From assembly GCA_030066685.1 (NCBI GenBank), contig JASJBF010000002.1, forward strand, positions 225,847 through 289,846: a DNA stretch of 64,000 bases. The letters are read 5' to 3'. The notes beneath the pieces were generated by a model. The model searched no databases, had not been told where the DNA came from, and worked only from the letters and a program-made list of their open reading frames with translations. Both the position numbers and the translations under genes were made by a program. This DNA comes from Kiloniellales bacterium. GTDB taxonomy: Bacteria > Pseudomonadota > Alphaproteobacteria > Kiloniellales > JAKSBE01. Shown piece by piece: positions 56,880 through 64,000 of this stretch; positions within the stretch are counted from its first letter, which is position 1; every line of letters starts with the position of its first letter.

Positions 56880-58049
56880 CTAGCGGGCCTCCGTGTCCTC
56901 GGCCAGGGCGGCGATGGTGCGGGCCAGGAGGCGAATCTCGCTGCGGATCTCCTCGACCGCCTTGTTGCGGCCGCTGGCGGCTTCCTGCACGAGGCGGCCC
57001 ATGTGATGATCGAGGTTGCGCAGGTGGTCGCGGCTGGCGTCGTCCAGGCCGCCGACCCGCGTGCCGTTGACCTCGGCCAGCTGGGACAGCACTGGGCGCA
57101 GCTGGGCCTGGCTCTCGGCCAGGCGGGTCAGGATCGACTGCTCGCTGCGCAGCTGGTCGGTCAGGGTGCCCAGGCGCTCGGCCAGGACCTCGAGGCTGTG
57201 GTCCATGTTGAGCCGGCTCTCCTCGGACTTGGCCATGGTCCGCTGGAGCGAATCCAGGCTGTCGGCGGTCTGCTCGAGCAGCGCCTGGATAAAGGCCGGC
57301 ACCGGCTGGTCGCCGTCGGCCAGGGGTCCGCCGCCGGTCAGACGCGTGACCTCGGAGAGCCACTCCTCAAGCTCGTTGACGAAGCGGTTGTGAGCCTGGG
57401 CGGCCTGCAGCTCGAGGAATCCCAGGATCAGCGAGCCGGCGAGCCCGAAGAGCGAGGAGCTGAACGCCGTGCCCATGCCGGACAAAGGGGTCTCCAGGCC
57501 CTGCTTCAACTGGTCGAACATCGCCGTGGCGTCACCGGTGCCGCCGCTGAGGCCTGAGATCGTCGCACCGACCGCGCCAACGGTCTCCAGCAGCCCCCAG
57601 AAGGTGCCCAGCAGGCCCAGGAAGATCAGCAGGCCGATCAAGTAGCGGGACATGTCGTGGGATTCGCTGATCCGGCTCTGGATGCCGTCGAGCAGCGAGC
57701 GCATGGACAGCGCCGAAAGCCGGATCCGCCCGGTGCGCTCGCCCATCATGGTGACCATGGGGCCGAGCAGCTTGGGCGGCCGCTCATCGCTGGCCGCGCC
57801 CGGCATGACCAGGCTGCCGCTCTTCTCGCGGATCAGGCGTTGCAGCCAGTTGACCTCAGGGTTCAGCGCAATGACCTGCCGGAGGCTGTAGCCGATGCCG
57901 AACAGCAGGACGCCCAGGATCACCCCGTTAAGCACGGCATTCGCGCTGAAGGCTTCCTGGAGGCGGGGGTAGAGAACCGCGCAGATGGCGCCCACCACCA
58001 GCAAGAAGATCGCCATTCGGGTAAGGTAGCGGTAGGGCCGAGTGATCAT
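56880..58049 (-). CDS. MotA/TolQ/ExbB-family proton-channel protein with a roughly 140 aa C-terminal coiled-coil extension
   Basis: Hallmark LGLLGTFWGLL plus ..GMGTAFSSSLFGLAGSLILGF..; four transmembrane helices. Confidence 0.8.
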   Translation of the reverse strand: MITRPYRYLTRMAIFLLVVGAICAVLYPRLQEAFSANAVLNGVILGVLLFGIGYSLRQVIALNPEVNWLQRLIREKSGSLVMPGAASDERPPKLLGPMVTMMGERTGRIRLSALSMRSLLDGIQSRISESHDMSRYLIGLLIFLGLLGTFWGLLETVGAVGATISGLSGGTGDATAMFDQLKQGLETPLSGMGTAFSSSLFGLAGSLILGFLELQAAQAHNRFVNELEEWLSEVTRLTGGGPLADGDQPVPAFIQALLEQTADSLDSLQRTMAKSEESRLNMDHSLEVLAERLGTLTDQLRSEQSILTRLAESQAQLRPVLSQLAEVNGTRVGGLDDASRDHLRNLDHHMGRLVQEAASGRNKAVEEIRSEIRLLARTIAALAEDTEAR

Positions 58050-58329
58050 GTCTTTTCAGGCTTTGGCAGCTTCCAGATGGGTTCGGCGCCGGAGATCCCT
58101 GAGGCGACGGCCGGTGCCGCGAGAAGGCACGGCAATAGACGATGGCGCGCCCGACGACTCGGCGCCAAGGAAAGGATAGCAGATTCGGTCCGAGGAAAGG
58201 CCTCCAGAAACTTCAAGCCCCTTCCCTTGTTCACAAGGCGTCAGCCTGCCGACGCAGTGCGGCAGAACTGTGGCGCCTTCCCGCGGCAGCACCAGCCCAT
58301 CGCCTGGATAGACTGGCGCCGAAGCGGGT

Positions 58330-59679
58330 CTATTGGGACACGAGTTCGTAGTCGATCCGCTCCGCCGGACCGTCGGTCGACTGGTCCCCGAGGGGTCGCA
58401 GAAAGACCTTCTTGGCTTTGACGCCCCGCCTCTCCAGATAGCCTCGGGCGACCAGGCCTCGGTTCAAGGACATCCGCCGCGGGTCCCGGCCGGTCGCGTA
58501 GGCGCGGAACTCGACGCCCTCGGCCTCGGCGGCGAGCAGGCGTTCGGCCAGGCCGTCCAGCACGGCGCGCGCCTCGGCTGAGAGCTCCGTCGAACCGGCC
58601 TCGAAGAGGATCCGTCCCTCCAGGGGTACACCGGCCGGCGGTCGGGTCGCCACCTGTGGCTCGCCCACCCTTGGCTCATCGGGCTTCGAAGCGACGGCCC
58701 CGAGCCGTTCTTCCGGATCGGGGGCGGGCGCGGCCGGAGGCGCCTTTGTTGCCTGGACGGCTTTGGCGGTCGTCTCCGCGGCGACGGCGGGCGGGACCGG
58801 CGGCTCCGGCACCGGCGGTGCGGTGATCCTGCCGGGCCGCGGCGCCTGGGGCTCGGCGGCTTCGGCCAGCTCGTTCAGGATCGCAGCCGGGGCGGGCTGG
58901 GCGCCGACCGAGTCGGCGGGCGCCTCGACGGCCGGCGGCGGCAGGGCCGTGGGCGGCGGCTCCGGGGGCGCGGCCTTTGGCAAAGCTGCCTGGACGGCAG
59001 GAACCTCGATTTCGCCGAGGTCCTCCAGGGGCAGCGGTGCCGGGGCCGGCACCTCGAGGTCCGCAGCCTCCGGCGGGGGGGCATCTGCGGTCGCTTCGGC
59101 AATCGGAGCCGATGCTTCAGGCGGGGGCGTGTCTTCGATCAGGGCCGAACGGGCGATCGGTGCAGAACTGACAGCGGGCCTTGCAGGCCGCGGCGGGACA
59201 TCGCGCGGCTTGACGACATCGCGCGGCTTGACCACCGCCGGCTCGCTGGGGCGGCCGCGAGAGCGCGCGCCCTCGATCGCTTCGAGCTCCGAGGTCAGGA
59301 CACTCGGGGCCGGGGGCGCCTGTGCCGGCTGGGCCGGCCCGACCTGGCCAAGGGGCACGACGTAGAGGCGGCTCTCCAACTGCCAGGGCGGGGGCGTCTG
59401 CAGCGGCGCGCGTGGCTGCCGTTGGCTGCTTGGACCCGGGGTCGGCGGGTCCTTCTCGAGGCGCTCCAGAAGCCTGGTGTTGATGTAGACGTCGGGCGGC
59501 TCGGCCGGAGCGCCGCCGTCCTGGGCCAGGGCCGGCAGCGAGACCGGCGTCGACAGCAGGACCGTGAGCAGAAGCGCTCTTGCGGTTCGGGCGAAACGGC
59601 CGGAGCCGGGGGCGCGCCTCCTGGCTCCTTCACCGGCCCGCTCCGGCCGCCCTTTCCCCGGTCCTGCACGCTTCGGCAT
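58330..59679 (-). CDS. proline-rich periplasmic protein with a C-terminal OmpA-like domain
   Basis: Signal peptide, a roughly 300 aa Pro/Ala/Glu-rich low-complexity region, then ..ILFEAGSTELSAEARAVLDGLAERL..EFRAYATG.. Confidence 0.7.
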   Translation of the reverse strand: MPKRAGPGKGRPERAGEGARRRAPGSGRFARTARALLLTVLLSTPVSLPALAQDGGAPAEPPDVYINTRLLERLEKDPPTPGPSSQRQPRAPLQTPPPWQLESRLYVVPLGQVGPAQPAQAPPAPSVLTSELEAIEGARSRGRPSEPAVVKPRDVVKPRDVPPRPARPAVSSAPIARSALIEDTPPPEASAPIAEATADAPPPEAADLEVPAPAPLPLEDLGEIEVPAVQAALPKAAPPEPPPTALPPPAVEAPADSVGAQPAPAAILNELAEAAEPQAPRPGRITAPPVPEPPVPPAVAAETTAKAVQATKAPPAAPAPDPEERLGAVASKPDEPRVGEPQVATRPPAGVPLEGRILFEAGSTELSAEARAVLDGLAERLLAAEAEGVEFRAYATGRDPRRMSLNRGLVARGYLERRGVKAKKVFLRPLGDQSTDGPAERIDYELVSQ

Positions 59680-59777
59680 CTTCCCCGGCCGCGCTCCTTG
59701 CGCTTTAGATCCTTGATTCGTAACCTAATCCTGCAGGGCGGCCGGCGGCAAGTCCCGGCGGCGACAGCCTCCCGACG

Positions 59778-60569
59778 TCAGCTTTTGAGCAGCTTCATCA
59801 GCTCGGCATGCAGCTCGCCGTTCGCGGCGAGCAGGCTGCCGCTGTCCAGGGAGAGGCTGCGGCCGTTCATCTCGGTGACGAAGCCACCGGCCTCGCGCAC
59901 CAGCAGCCAGCCGGCCGCGAAGTCCCAGGCCGAGAGGCCCCACTCCCAAAAGCCGTCGAAGCGGCCGGCGGCGATGTAGGCGAGGTCGAGGGACGCCGTT
60001 CCCCAGCGCCGGACCCCCGCGGTCGCCGCCATGGCCCCGGCCAGTTCGCGGGTGAAGCGGGCGGCGTCGCCGTGGCCCTGGAAGGGAATGCCGGTGGCGA
60101 GCAGGCAGTCGCTCAGGCCGCGGCGGCCCGAGACCCGAAGCCGCTGATCGCCGAGGTAGGCGCCGACGCCCTTCTCGGCCCAGAACAACTCTTCCTTTAT
60201 CGGGTCGTAGACCACGCCGGCGGTGATCTCGCCGCGCTCTTCCAGGGCGATGGAGACGGCGAAGTGGGGCAGGCCATGCAAGAAGTTGGTCGTCCCGTCC
60301 AGCGGATCGACGATCCAGCGCTGTTCGGCCTCCGGGTTGTCGTGGCGCCGTCCGGATTCCTCCATCAGGAAGCCGAAGCCGGGGCGTGCCTTGGCGAGCT
60401 CCTGGCGCAGCGTTTCCTCGGCGCGCAGATCTGCCGCGGAGACGAAGTCCGACGGCCCCTTGCGGGAGACCTGCAGGTTCTCCACCTCGCCGAAGTCCCG
60501 TTTGAGGCCGCGCGCCGCCCGATCGGCGGCCCGGACCATGACGTTGATGACCGCCGATCGCCTGGGCAT
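59778..60569 (-). CDS. suhB: inositol monophosphatase family (SuhB-like)
   Basis: ..WIVDPLDGTTNFLHG..AFWEW..DFAAG.. match the IMPase motifs. Confidence 0.85.
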   Translation of the reverse strand: MPRRSAVINVMVRAADRAARGLKRDFGEVENLQVSRKGPSDFVSAADLRAEETLRQELAKARPGFGFLMEESGRRHDNPEAEQRWIVDPLDGTTNFLHGLPHFAVSIALEERGEITAGVVYDPIKEELFWAEKGVGAYLGDQRLRVSGRRGLSDCLLATGIPFQGHGDAARFTRELAGAMAATAGVRRWGTASLDLAYIAAGRFDGFWEWGLSAWDFAAGWLLVREAGGFVTEMNGRSLSLDSGSLLAANGELHAELMKLLKS

Positions 60570-60578
60570 CGGCTGCGT

Positions 60579-61145
60579 CTAGTCCTTGGCGCGTTCGACG
60601 TAGGACCCGTCCGCGGTGTTGACCACGACCCGGGTGCCGGCCTCGATGTGCGGCGGGACCAGAGTCCGCGTGCCGTTCTCCAGAACCGCCGGCTTGTAGG
60701 ACGAGGAAGCGGTCTGGCCCTTGACCACGGGATCGGCCTCGGAAATCTCCATCACCACGGTGTCGGGCAGCATGACGCTGATCGGCTCGCCCTCGTAGGA
60801 TTCGATGGTCACCTCCATACCGTCCTGCAGAAAGCGCATCGGCTCGCCGACCAGGTCCTGGTTCAGGGTGATCTGCTCGTAGCTCTCGTTGTCCATGAAG
60901 GTGAGCATCTCGCCGTCGGCGAAGAGGTACTGATAGGGCTTCTGGTCGAGGCGCACGCGCTCCACAGATTCCGAGGAGCGGAAGCGCTCGTTGAGCTTGG
61001 TGCCGTCGCGGATGTCCCTGAGCTCGACCTGCAGGTAGGCGCCGCCCTTGCCGGGCTGGGTGTGCTGGATCCGCACCGCCCGCCACAGGCGGCCCTTGTG
61101 CTCGACGACGTTGCCGGGGCGGATTGCGTTGCCATTGATCTTCAT
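60579..61145 (-). CDS. efp: elongation factor P
   Basis: [43 protein letters not shown].. is closely EF-P. The N-terminal extension in the ORF track was rejected. Confidence 0.9.
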   Translation of the reverse strand: MKINGNAIRPGNVVEHKGRLWRAVRIQHTQPGKGGAYLQVELRDIRDGTKLNERFRSSESVERVRLDQKPYQYLFADGEMLTFMDNESYEQITLNQDLVGEPMRFLQDGMEVTIESYEGEPISVMLPDTVVMEISEADPVVKGQTASSSYKPAVLENGTRTLVPPHIEAGTRVVVNTADGSYVERAKD

Positions 61146-61270
61146 TGGGTCTGTATCCGGGAAAACTCGGCTCTCGAAAAGCGCGCGGAAGCTAGCAGTT
61201 CGGCTCCCGCCAGGCAATTGCCGGAAGGCCCTCCGCGGGTGCTTTCCTGTGCTCTTGTTGAGATAGGAGA

Positions 61271-61690
61271 TCAGGGCCCGGATAGCCAGGCCCTGCAGGC
61301 GACATCGGGCGCCGCCTCGGCCGCAAGGTCGAGCGCCTTGAGGCGCCCGGTCACCAGCTCGATCCCTTCGCGCTCACAGATCTCGGCCAGCTGCTTCGCC
61401 GCCTTGCGCGAGCCGGTGAAGCGCAGGGCCGGCAGGCCCTGGTCGAGCGCGGCCAGCACCAGGCCCGGCTTGTCGCCGCAGTCGAGCAGGCCGGTGACCG
61501 GGACCCCCGGCCGCTCGGCCCGCGACGCCCGCAGCAGCTCGCGGAACCACAGGACTCCGGCGTAGCCGGCGGCCCCGGGCGCCGAGGCCAGGACCACGCC
61601 ACAGCCCGCCGCCTCGGCCGCCGCGAGGGCGATCCGGGCGTCTTCCAGACAATGCACGATCACGGCCTTTTCTTTCATCCCGGGCTGCAT
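61271..61690 (-). CDS. hypothetical protein
   Basis: A 139 aa ORF with balanced composition. The overlapping 61374..62048 frame looks like a GC artefact. No domain recognised. Confidence 0.4.
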   Translation of the reverse strand: MQPGMKEKAVIVHCLEDARIALAAAEAAGCGVVLASAPGAAGYAGVLWFRELLRASRAERPGVPVTGLLDCGDKPGLVLAALDQGLPALRFTGSRKAAKQLAEICEREGIELVTGRLKALDLAAEAAPDVACRAWLSGP

Positions 61691-61754
61691 ACATACAGCA
61701 GGAAACCCGGTTCGGGCCCATTATTATTTGCCGATGCAAGGAGGATCCGCCGCC

Positions 61755-62429
61755 ATGTCCGAGCATGAGATCAACGGCGACCTGTCCAAGCTCGCGGTTG
61801 TTCACACGGCCGACATGGAATGGCAGGCGAGCCCCAGTCCCAGCGTCTGGCGCAAGCGCCTGGACCTGAGCGGCCCGCTGGAGGCCGGGCGGGTGACCTC
61901 GGTGGTCCGCTACGACGCCGACAGCCGCTTCGCTCAGCACCCTCATCCGGACGGCGAGGAGATCCTGGTCCTCGAAGGAGTCTTCTCCGACGAGCGCGGC
62001 GATTACCCGGCCGGCACCTACCTGCTCAACCCCGAGGGCTTCAGCCACGCGCCCTTCTCGCGGGAGGGCTGCGTGCTTTTCGTCAAGCTACGCCAATACC
62101 CGGGCAGCGACCGGCGGCAGGTCACCATCGACAGCAAGGCCACCGACTTGCGGGACGGCGAGGTTGCCGGGCTGGAGGTCCTAGACCTCTACGGCGAGCC
62201 CAAGCACCCGGAGCGCATCCGCCTGCTTCGACTGGAGCCGGGCGCGATCCTCGACTCCCAGGTCTATCTGGGCGGCCAGGAGATCTTCGTCCTCGAAGGC
62301 GAATTGGAGAACGGCGAGCGCAGCTACCGGGCCGGCAGCTGGGCCCGCTACCCGGCCGGCAGCCGCCACGCCCTGACGAGCGAAGGCGGCTGCCTGTTCT
62401 ACGAAAAGACCGGGCATCTCGTGGTGTAA
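61755..62429 (+). CDS. cupin-domain protein (ChrR-like bicupin)
   Basis: GGAGGA before ATG 61755. Two repeats of a cupin-like HP..GEE..VLEG / ..GQEIFVLEGE.. core. Confidence 0.55.
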   Translation: MSEHEINGDLSKLAVVHTADMEWQASPSPSVWRKRLDLSGPLEAGRVTSVVRYDADSRFAQHPHPDGEEILVLEGVFSDERGDYPAGTYLLNPEGFSHAPFSREGCVLFVKLRQYPGSDRRQVTIDSKATDLRDGEVAGLEVLDLYGEPKHPERIRLLRLEPGAILDSQVYLGGQEIFVLEGELENGERSYRAGSWARYPAGSRHALTSEGGCLFYEKTGHLVV

Positions 62430-62457
62430 GCCCGGCCCGGCTTCAGAAGATGCCGCG

Positions 62458-63468
62458 TTAGATCAGCTTGCCGAGGGCGACCGCGGTGTCGCTCATGCGG
62501 TTGGAGAAGCCCCACTCGTTGTCGTACCAGGTCAGGACGCGCACGCAGGTGCCGTCCAGGACCAGGGTCTGGGTCAGGTCGAAGGTCGAGCTGGCCGGGC
62601 TGTGGTTGAAGTCGCTCGACACCAGGGGGGCGTCGTTGACGGCCAGGATCCCCGTGAGGCGATTGCTCTCCGCGGCCTCGACCATGGCCGCGTTGACGTC
62701 CTCGGCGGTCGTCTCCTTCTTCGCCTCGATGGTGAGGTCGACCAGGCTGACGTTCGGCGTCGGCACCCGGATCGCGGTGCCGTCCAGCTTGCCTTTCAGC
62801 TCCGGCAAGACCAGGCCCACGGCCCGCGCGGCGCCGGTCGAAGTCGGGATCATCGAGACCGAGGCGGCCCGAGCCCGGCGCAGGTCCTTGTGCAGGGTGT
62901 CGACGCTCGGCTGGTCGCCGGTGAAGGCGTGGATCGTGGTCATGAAGCCGTGCTCGATGCCCACGGTCTGGTCGAGCACCCAGGCGACCGGAACCAGGCA
63001 GTTGGTCGTGCAGGAGGCGTTGGAGACCACGTCGTGGTCCGCGGTCAGCCGGTCGTGGTTGATGCCGTAGACCACGGTCAGGTCGGCTTCGCTGCAGGGC
63101 GCGGAGACCAGCACCTTCTTGGCGCCGGCCGTCAGGTGCGCGCTCGCGGCCTCCCTGGAGTTGAAGCGGCCGGTGCATTCCATCACCACGTCGATGCCGA
63201 GATCGCCCCAGGGCAGCTTGGCCGGATCGCGTTCGCTGAGCACCTTCGTCTCGTGGCCGTCGACCTTGATCGCGGTCTCCATCGCCTCGACCTTGCCGGG
63301 GTAGCGGCCGTGGACCGAATCGTGCTTCAGCAGGTGCGCGTTGGCTTCGGCCGAGCCGAGGTCGTTGATCGCAACAAACTCGATGTCCGTGCGCTCGGCT
63401 TCCATGGCGGCCCGCAGCACGAGCCGGCCGATCCGGCCAAAACCATTGATCGCAACGCGTAGAGCCAT
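62458..63468 (-). CDS. gap: glyceraldehyde-3-phosphate dehydrogenase
   Basis: INGFGRIGR..SNASCTTNCL..WYDNEWG are the GAPDH signatures. Confidence 0.92.
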   Translation of the reverse strand: MALRVAINGFGRIGRLVLRAAMEAERTDIEFVAINDLGSAEANAHLLKHDSVHGRYPGKVEAMETAIKVDGHETKVLSERDPAKLPWGDLGIDVVMECTGRFNSREAASAHLTAGAKKVLVSAPCSEADLTVVYGINHDRLTADHDVVSNASCTTNCLVPVAWVLDQTVGIEHGFMTTIHAFTGDQPSVDTLHKDLRRARAASVSMIPTSTGAARAVGLVLPELKGKLDGTAIRVPTPNVSLVDLTIEAKKETTAEDVNAAMVEAAESNRLTGILAVNDAPLVSSDFNHSPASSTFDLTQTLVLDGTCVRVLTWYDNEWGFSNRMSDTAVALGKLI

Positions 63469-63528
63469 TCTCCTACTCCCTCGGCGGGTTGTCTGTCGGT
63501 CGGTTCGAGTTGATCGGCGGGCCCATGC

Positions 63529-64000
63529 TCAGGCGTAGCTGCCGAGGCTGGCCTGGCCGTTCGCACGGGCGCGCTCCAGAAAGGCCGCCTGGCCGGCCGC
63601 CAGGTTCTCGGCCTTGCCGCCCCAAGCCTTGAGCGGCGCCGCCTGGAGGGCCCGCCCGTAGGAGAAGCTGAGCTTCCAGGGCAGGCGCGCCAGCAGCTTG
63701 TTCATCGCGTTGAGGTGCAGGGTGGCCTGCTCGTCGCTTTGCCCGCCGGAGAGGAAGACGATGCCGGGGACCGCGGCCGGCACGCAGCGCTGCAGGGTCC
63801 GGACCGTGCGCCGGGCGACCTCCTCGACGCCGGCCTGCTCGGGGCAGTCGGCGCCGGAGACGACCATGTTGGGCTTCAGGAGCGTGCCCTCGAGGACGAT
63901 CTCCTGCTCGGCCAGGGCGGCGTAGACCCGGCGCAGCGTGGTCTCGGTCACCGTCTCGCAGGCGTCGATGTCGTGGCCGCCGTCCATCAGGACCTCGGGC
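63529..64000 (-). CDS. fructose-bisphosphate aldolase class I, C-terminal part (5' end beyond the window)
   Basis: ..[49 protein letters not shown] aligns with class I FBA. The frame remains open to the window edge. Confidence 0.85.
   Translation of the reverse strand, partial: PEVLMDGGHDIDACETVTETTLRRVYAALAEQEIVLEGTLLKPNMVVSGADCPEQAGVEEVARRTVRTLQRCVPAAVPGIVFLSGGQSDEQATLHLNAMNKLLARLPWKLSFSYGRALQAAPLKAWGGKAENLAAGQAAFLERARANGQASLGSYA

Noticed and set aside
55617-58049. Zorya anti-phage system (ZorA/ZorB).
   Set aside because: The pair is MotA/MotB-like, but the MotA-like protein is short (389 aa, versus roughly 700 aa for ZorA), the long coiled coil is on the MotB-like subunit, and no ZorC/ZorD/ZorE-like genes are adjacent. 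It is reported instead as an uncharacterised stator-like cluster.
61374-62048. A 224 aa minus-strand ORF downstream of efp.
   Set aside because: It has a Gly/Arg/Pro-rich junk translation and overlaps the ChrR-like cupin gene, which has a GGAGGA ribosome-binding site and domain-like sequence.
1-64000. CRISPR arrays, IS elements/transposases, integrases, and prophage or conjugation genes.
   Set aside because: No short direct-repeat/spacer arrays, no DDE or serine/tyrosine recombinase-like ORFs, and no terminal inverted repeats were found in any frame.

Overview
This window is a high-GC (about 65-68%) alphaproteobacterial chromosomal segment, Rhodospirillales-like by gene content and by several DUF families that are largely restricted to alphaproteobacteria. 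About 70 protein-coding genes sit on both strands, together with two directly abutting tRNA-type genes. I found no rRNA, CRISPR array, transposase or integrase.

Recognisable housekeeping genes include pntAA-pntAB-pntB (the window opens inside pntAA), rpsU with divergent def and a COQ9-like gene, purEK, pfkA, ubiX, metY, rpmE, suhB-efp, and gap with a class I aldolase gene that runs off the 3' edge. There are also an Hsp20 gene, a LemA/TPM/TPM triad, prpE, a tauD-like gene, qor, bdhA, pcp, ppk2 and ridA.

Six regions are not explained by ordinary annotation:
- An AT-rich (about 45-50% GC) island at roughly 7990-9555 encodes an ORFan coiled-coil lipoprotein.
- A roughly 160 bp promoter, operator palindrome and first 25 codons of a membrane fatty-acid desaturase are duplicated and fused in frame to an unrelated lower-GC lipoprotein gene.
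- Three tandem paralogous small membrane proteins share a C-terminal 'FLxxRFPDCE' motif.
- A six-gene plus-strand operon (22297-29109) is built around a classic-AAA ATPase whose Walker B appears to read DD. Around it sit a coiled-coil protein, two unknown soluble proteins, a small 2-TM protein and a DUF1523 membrane protein. This is my best candidate for an undescribed system.
- A zero-spacer tRNA-like plus tRNA-Ile pair has a non-canonical anticodon loop in one member and acceptor-stem mismatches in both.
- An orphan MotA/ExbB-like plus MotB-like stator pair lies next to a proline-rich OmpA-domain protein, far from any flagellar, Tol or Ton genes.

Many long reverse-strand ORFs in the six-frame track are GC-driven artefacts and were rejected.
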